64,000 nt of DNA from Octopus sinensis (Eukaryota), in assembly GCF_006345805.1 (NCBI RefSeq), contig NC_043001.1, forward strand, positions 48,608,001 through 48,672,000, written 5' to 3'. Of this stretch, positions 61,126 through 64,000 are shown piece after piece. How positions within the stretch are numbered: the first letter of the stretch is position 1; every line of letters starts with the position of its first letter. The notes below the pieces were generated by a model. It had not been told where the DNA came from, ran no database searches, and saw nothing but the letters and a program-made list of their open reading frames with translations. A program made the position numbers and the translations under genes.

Positions 61126-61585
61126 TAACTAGCAGCTAAACCCGGTTTCACCTGGTCAGTTTGGATGATGTGGCTGTAAAACCTGCTCTGCGTAAGCATT
61201 TGACTTGTTTGGGCATGCTTACATTAAAAAACAATTTTAGAATCACTTTTTTTCTGTCAAAACACTTAAAATAACTGACCAACAAAAAATAAAAAAAATA
61301 ACCCAGTTTCAACCATATCAAAAAATAAACCCAAATACTAAGCGAACAAAGATGCAAAAGAACAGAAATAAACATAAAAAATAAAACAAAGGGTAAAACA
61401 AATAAAAAAAAATACGTAAAAAATCTTAAATTTTCAAAAGTCAAGTCAGATTTGTCACGGGCCAGTTGGTGTATCTCAGATACATGGGGAGCTGAATTAA
61501 ATTTTTCATCAATACAGGGGACCCAAAATGAATATTTCATTGTCCAAGGGGAGCTGAATCACGAAAAAGGTTGAGGAACGCTTAT
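61125..61585 (+). mobile_element. possible Helitron/Helentron-like non-autonomous element
   Basis: Starts AACTAGCAGCTAAACCCGGTTTCACCTGG (CTAG plus short hairpin); motif-level evidence only. Confidence 0.25.
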
Positions 61586-62110
61586 CTATAACAATGGTTT
61601 TTATTTAAGCACATCATAAAAGTAAGCATAAAAAATTGCTAAACATATAAAAGAGTATGATTTTTGGCAAGCAAATACAGTTAGAAAAAATATTTACCAT
61701 TTCGAGTCATCACTAAAAACAAAGCTCATCAATTTTTGAATGAAATAATAATTTTATTCTTTTATTGTAAGTTGTAAATTTTGCCCGAGAAATAAAGCAA
61801 ATTATCACCAAATGCATTGTAGAAAATCTGCAAAGTGATAGCAAATATCTCCAAATTGATTACAAATGCATAAACTTAATAATGACGCTAAATAAAATTT
61901 GGTTGAGAAATACCAAAGAAATTACTTTATATCAAACAAAAAACAGACACATACCTTTATAGAGAACAGATTGTACTCAAGTGAAACATACCAAATACAC
62001 AGTTGAAACGCTGTTTGATTATTCTTTTTAGCGTTGAATGTTAACCATCACACTTCCATTGCACATGCACACACATTCACATACCCCAACCATCCCACTT
62101 TCATTGCACT

Positions 62111-62153
<43 letters not shown>

Positions 62154-62459
62154 GCACATTCACATACCCCCCCCATTTTACATACACTCACATATTCACA
62201 CAGAGTTTAAACACTGTTTGATATATTTTTTTCAGCATACAATTTTCATCATCGCACTATCAACTATGACATCACCCCTTCCTTTCTCATTCATAGACAC
62301 AAGATTATGACTATAGTACATTATCTCAGTAAGCATGGGAGTTATGAAAAAAATACAAAGCCCAGCATCACCACCAGATCATATGTATAGATTTTCATGC
62401 AATTCCACCCAACTGTTTGACCGTGAATCCCAAGACAAGAAAGAATCGCCCATGTCAAA

Positions 62460-62588
62460 TTTATATGTATAGATATGTATATATATGTAATATATATATG
62501 TGTATGTGTGTGTGTGTGTAATATATATAATATATAAATGTATATGTAATATATATAATATATAAATATATATGTAATATATATATAT

Positions 62589-62641
<53 letters not shown>

Positions 62642-62695
62642 GTAATATATATAAAAATATATATATAAAACATATATATATAAAACATATATATA

Positions 62696-62735
<40 letters not shown>

Positions 62736-62811
62736 GTAATATATATAAAAATATATATATAAAACATATATATAACACATATATGATATGTATATATATA
62801 TATATATATGC

Positions 62812-62845
<34 letters not shown>

Positions 62846-62890
62846 AATATATATGTGTAATATATATATAAGATATGTATATTTTATATA
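62460..62890. repeat. compound (TA)n array with higher-order internal duplication
   Basis: AATGTAATATATATAAAAATATATATATAAAACATATATA block occurs twice; source of the 105-204 aa Tyr/Ile ORFs. Confidence 0.95.
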
Positions 62891-63202
62891 TACGATCGTG
62901 AGGTTGTGAGCTCGAATCCCGGACCGGGCTGCGTGTTGTGTTCTTGAGCAAAGCACTTTATTTCAAGTTGCTCCAGTTCACTCAGCTGAAGAAATGAGTT
63001 GCGACGTCACTGGAGCCAAGCTGTATCGACCTTTGTCTTTCCCTTGGATAACACTGGTGGCGTGGAGAGGGGAGGCTGGTATGCATGGGCGACTGCTGGT
63101 CTTCCATAAACAACCTTGCCCGGACTTGTGTCTAGGAGGGTAACTTACTAGGTGCAATCCCATCGTCATTCATGACCGAAGGGGGTCTTTACCCTTTACC
63201 CT
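62891..63202 (+). mobile_element. SINE family A, young copy lacking the A box
   Basis: About 10 differences in about 300 bp from 54144-54475. Confidence 0.92.
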
Positions 63203-63239
63203 ATATTTTATATATATGTGTAATATATATATAATCACA

Positions 63240-63895
63240 TGGAAGAATGCGAGCATGAAAAGTAATATTCTTAAGATTATAAACCTGGAAAAGTACAGGA
63301 CAAGTTATTACACCTGTAAAAGTATAGAACAAGCTATTACTTCTAGTAAAGAATAAGAAACTTTTTACTTAAAATATTGCTGCAAAGAATGCCATTTCTT
63401 CTAATTTATAACTCTTTACATTTCTCATCTTTTAAATTTATTGTACAAAATTGTTCGGCTAATTTGTAAGTTTGTCTAATTAGTCACTTTTTTCTGTATT
63501 TAAGGTGGTAAATTAACCAAATTCTACTTAACCCTTTTTGTTTCAACCCAGCTGAAACCGGCTCTGGCTCTGTAGTACAAAGGTCTTGTTTTCATAAGTT
63601 TTGAATTAAAATCTTCTACCAAACCTTACGATTTATGTTCCTAACACTAGCTTAATGATAACTAAGTTATTTTTCTAAATTCTTTGTTATATTTAAAATA
63701 ATTAAAAGAAACACAGAGCATCTCAGGGTTTAATAAGTATAGTATTATTTGTAAACTATAAAATAAGTTTTAATATTCACATTTTAATTTTAGGTGCAAT
63801 ATTTGTCCTATACTTTTACAGGTGTAATAACTTGTCCTGTGCTTTTCCAGGTTTATAAACTTAAGAATATTACTTTTCATGCTCACATTTTTCCA
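63240..63895. mobile_element. foldback element with 92-bp terminal inverted repeats
   Basis: 63241-63332 versus reverse complement of 63803-63894: 87/92 identical. Confidence 0.8.
63528..63733 (+). mobile_element. piggyBac-like MITE P2 nested in the foldback element
   Basis: TTAACCCTTTTTG start; collinear with 20038-20263; 3' end partly deleted. Confidence 0.8.
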
Positions 63896-64000
63896 GGCAC
63901 TGCTGTTATACGATAATTAGTAATGTGTCAATTAATAATTTAAAGTTTTACCATATAAAATACTGAAAGATAATATTTTTATTTTTCCATGTAAGTGATG

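Noticed and set aside
62342-62956. Longest ORFs (204, 190, 105 aa)
   Set aside because: Translations of the (TA)n array
1-64000. Promoter/CpG island, rRNA, prokaryotic operon or defence system
   Set aside because: CpG-rich patches all coincide with young TEs; no long ORFs or rRNA-like sequence

Overview
This is eukaryotic, AT-rich, repeat-saturated DNA, most likely intronic or intergenic. The repeat families look like those of an octopus/coleoid cephalopod genome (recognition-based inference). I could not identify any host protein-coding gene, tRNA, rRNA or CRISPR array. The window holds dozens of copies of three tRNA-headed SINE families (local labels A/A', B, C) and a (GAT)n-tailed short retroelement (D). 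DNA transposons include TTAA-flanked piggyBac-like MITEs, hAT MITEs with 8-bp TSDs, Tc1/mariner/pogo MITEs and one full-length dead DD34D mariner (52079-53350). There are also decayed RTE, R4/Dong-type and Penelope-like fragments, microsatellites, a 31-bp minisatellite and a 438-bp tandem duplication. Best leads: (1) a 45-bp-stem hairpin at 2527-2632 whose six transition-type mismatches are all G-U pairs on the + strand; (2) a minimal type-I hammerhead-ribozyme topology at 2782-2816 in a Penelope-like fragment; (3) many foldback elements and closely spaced inverted SINE pairs that could form dsRNA. SINE boundaries are approximate (about +/-20 bp) unless a TSD or TIR is quoted.
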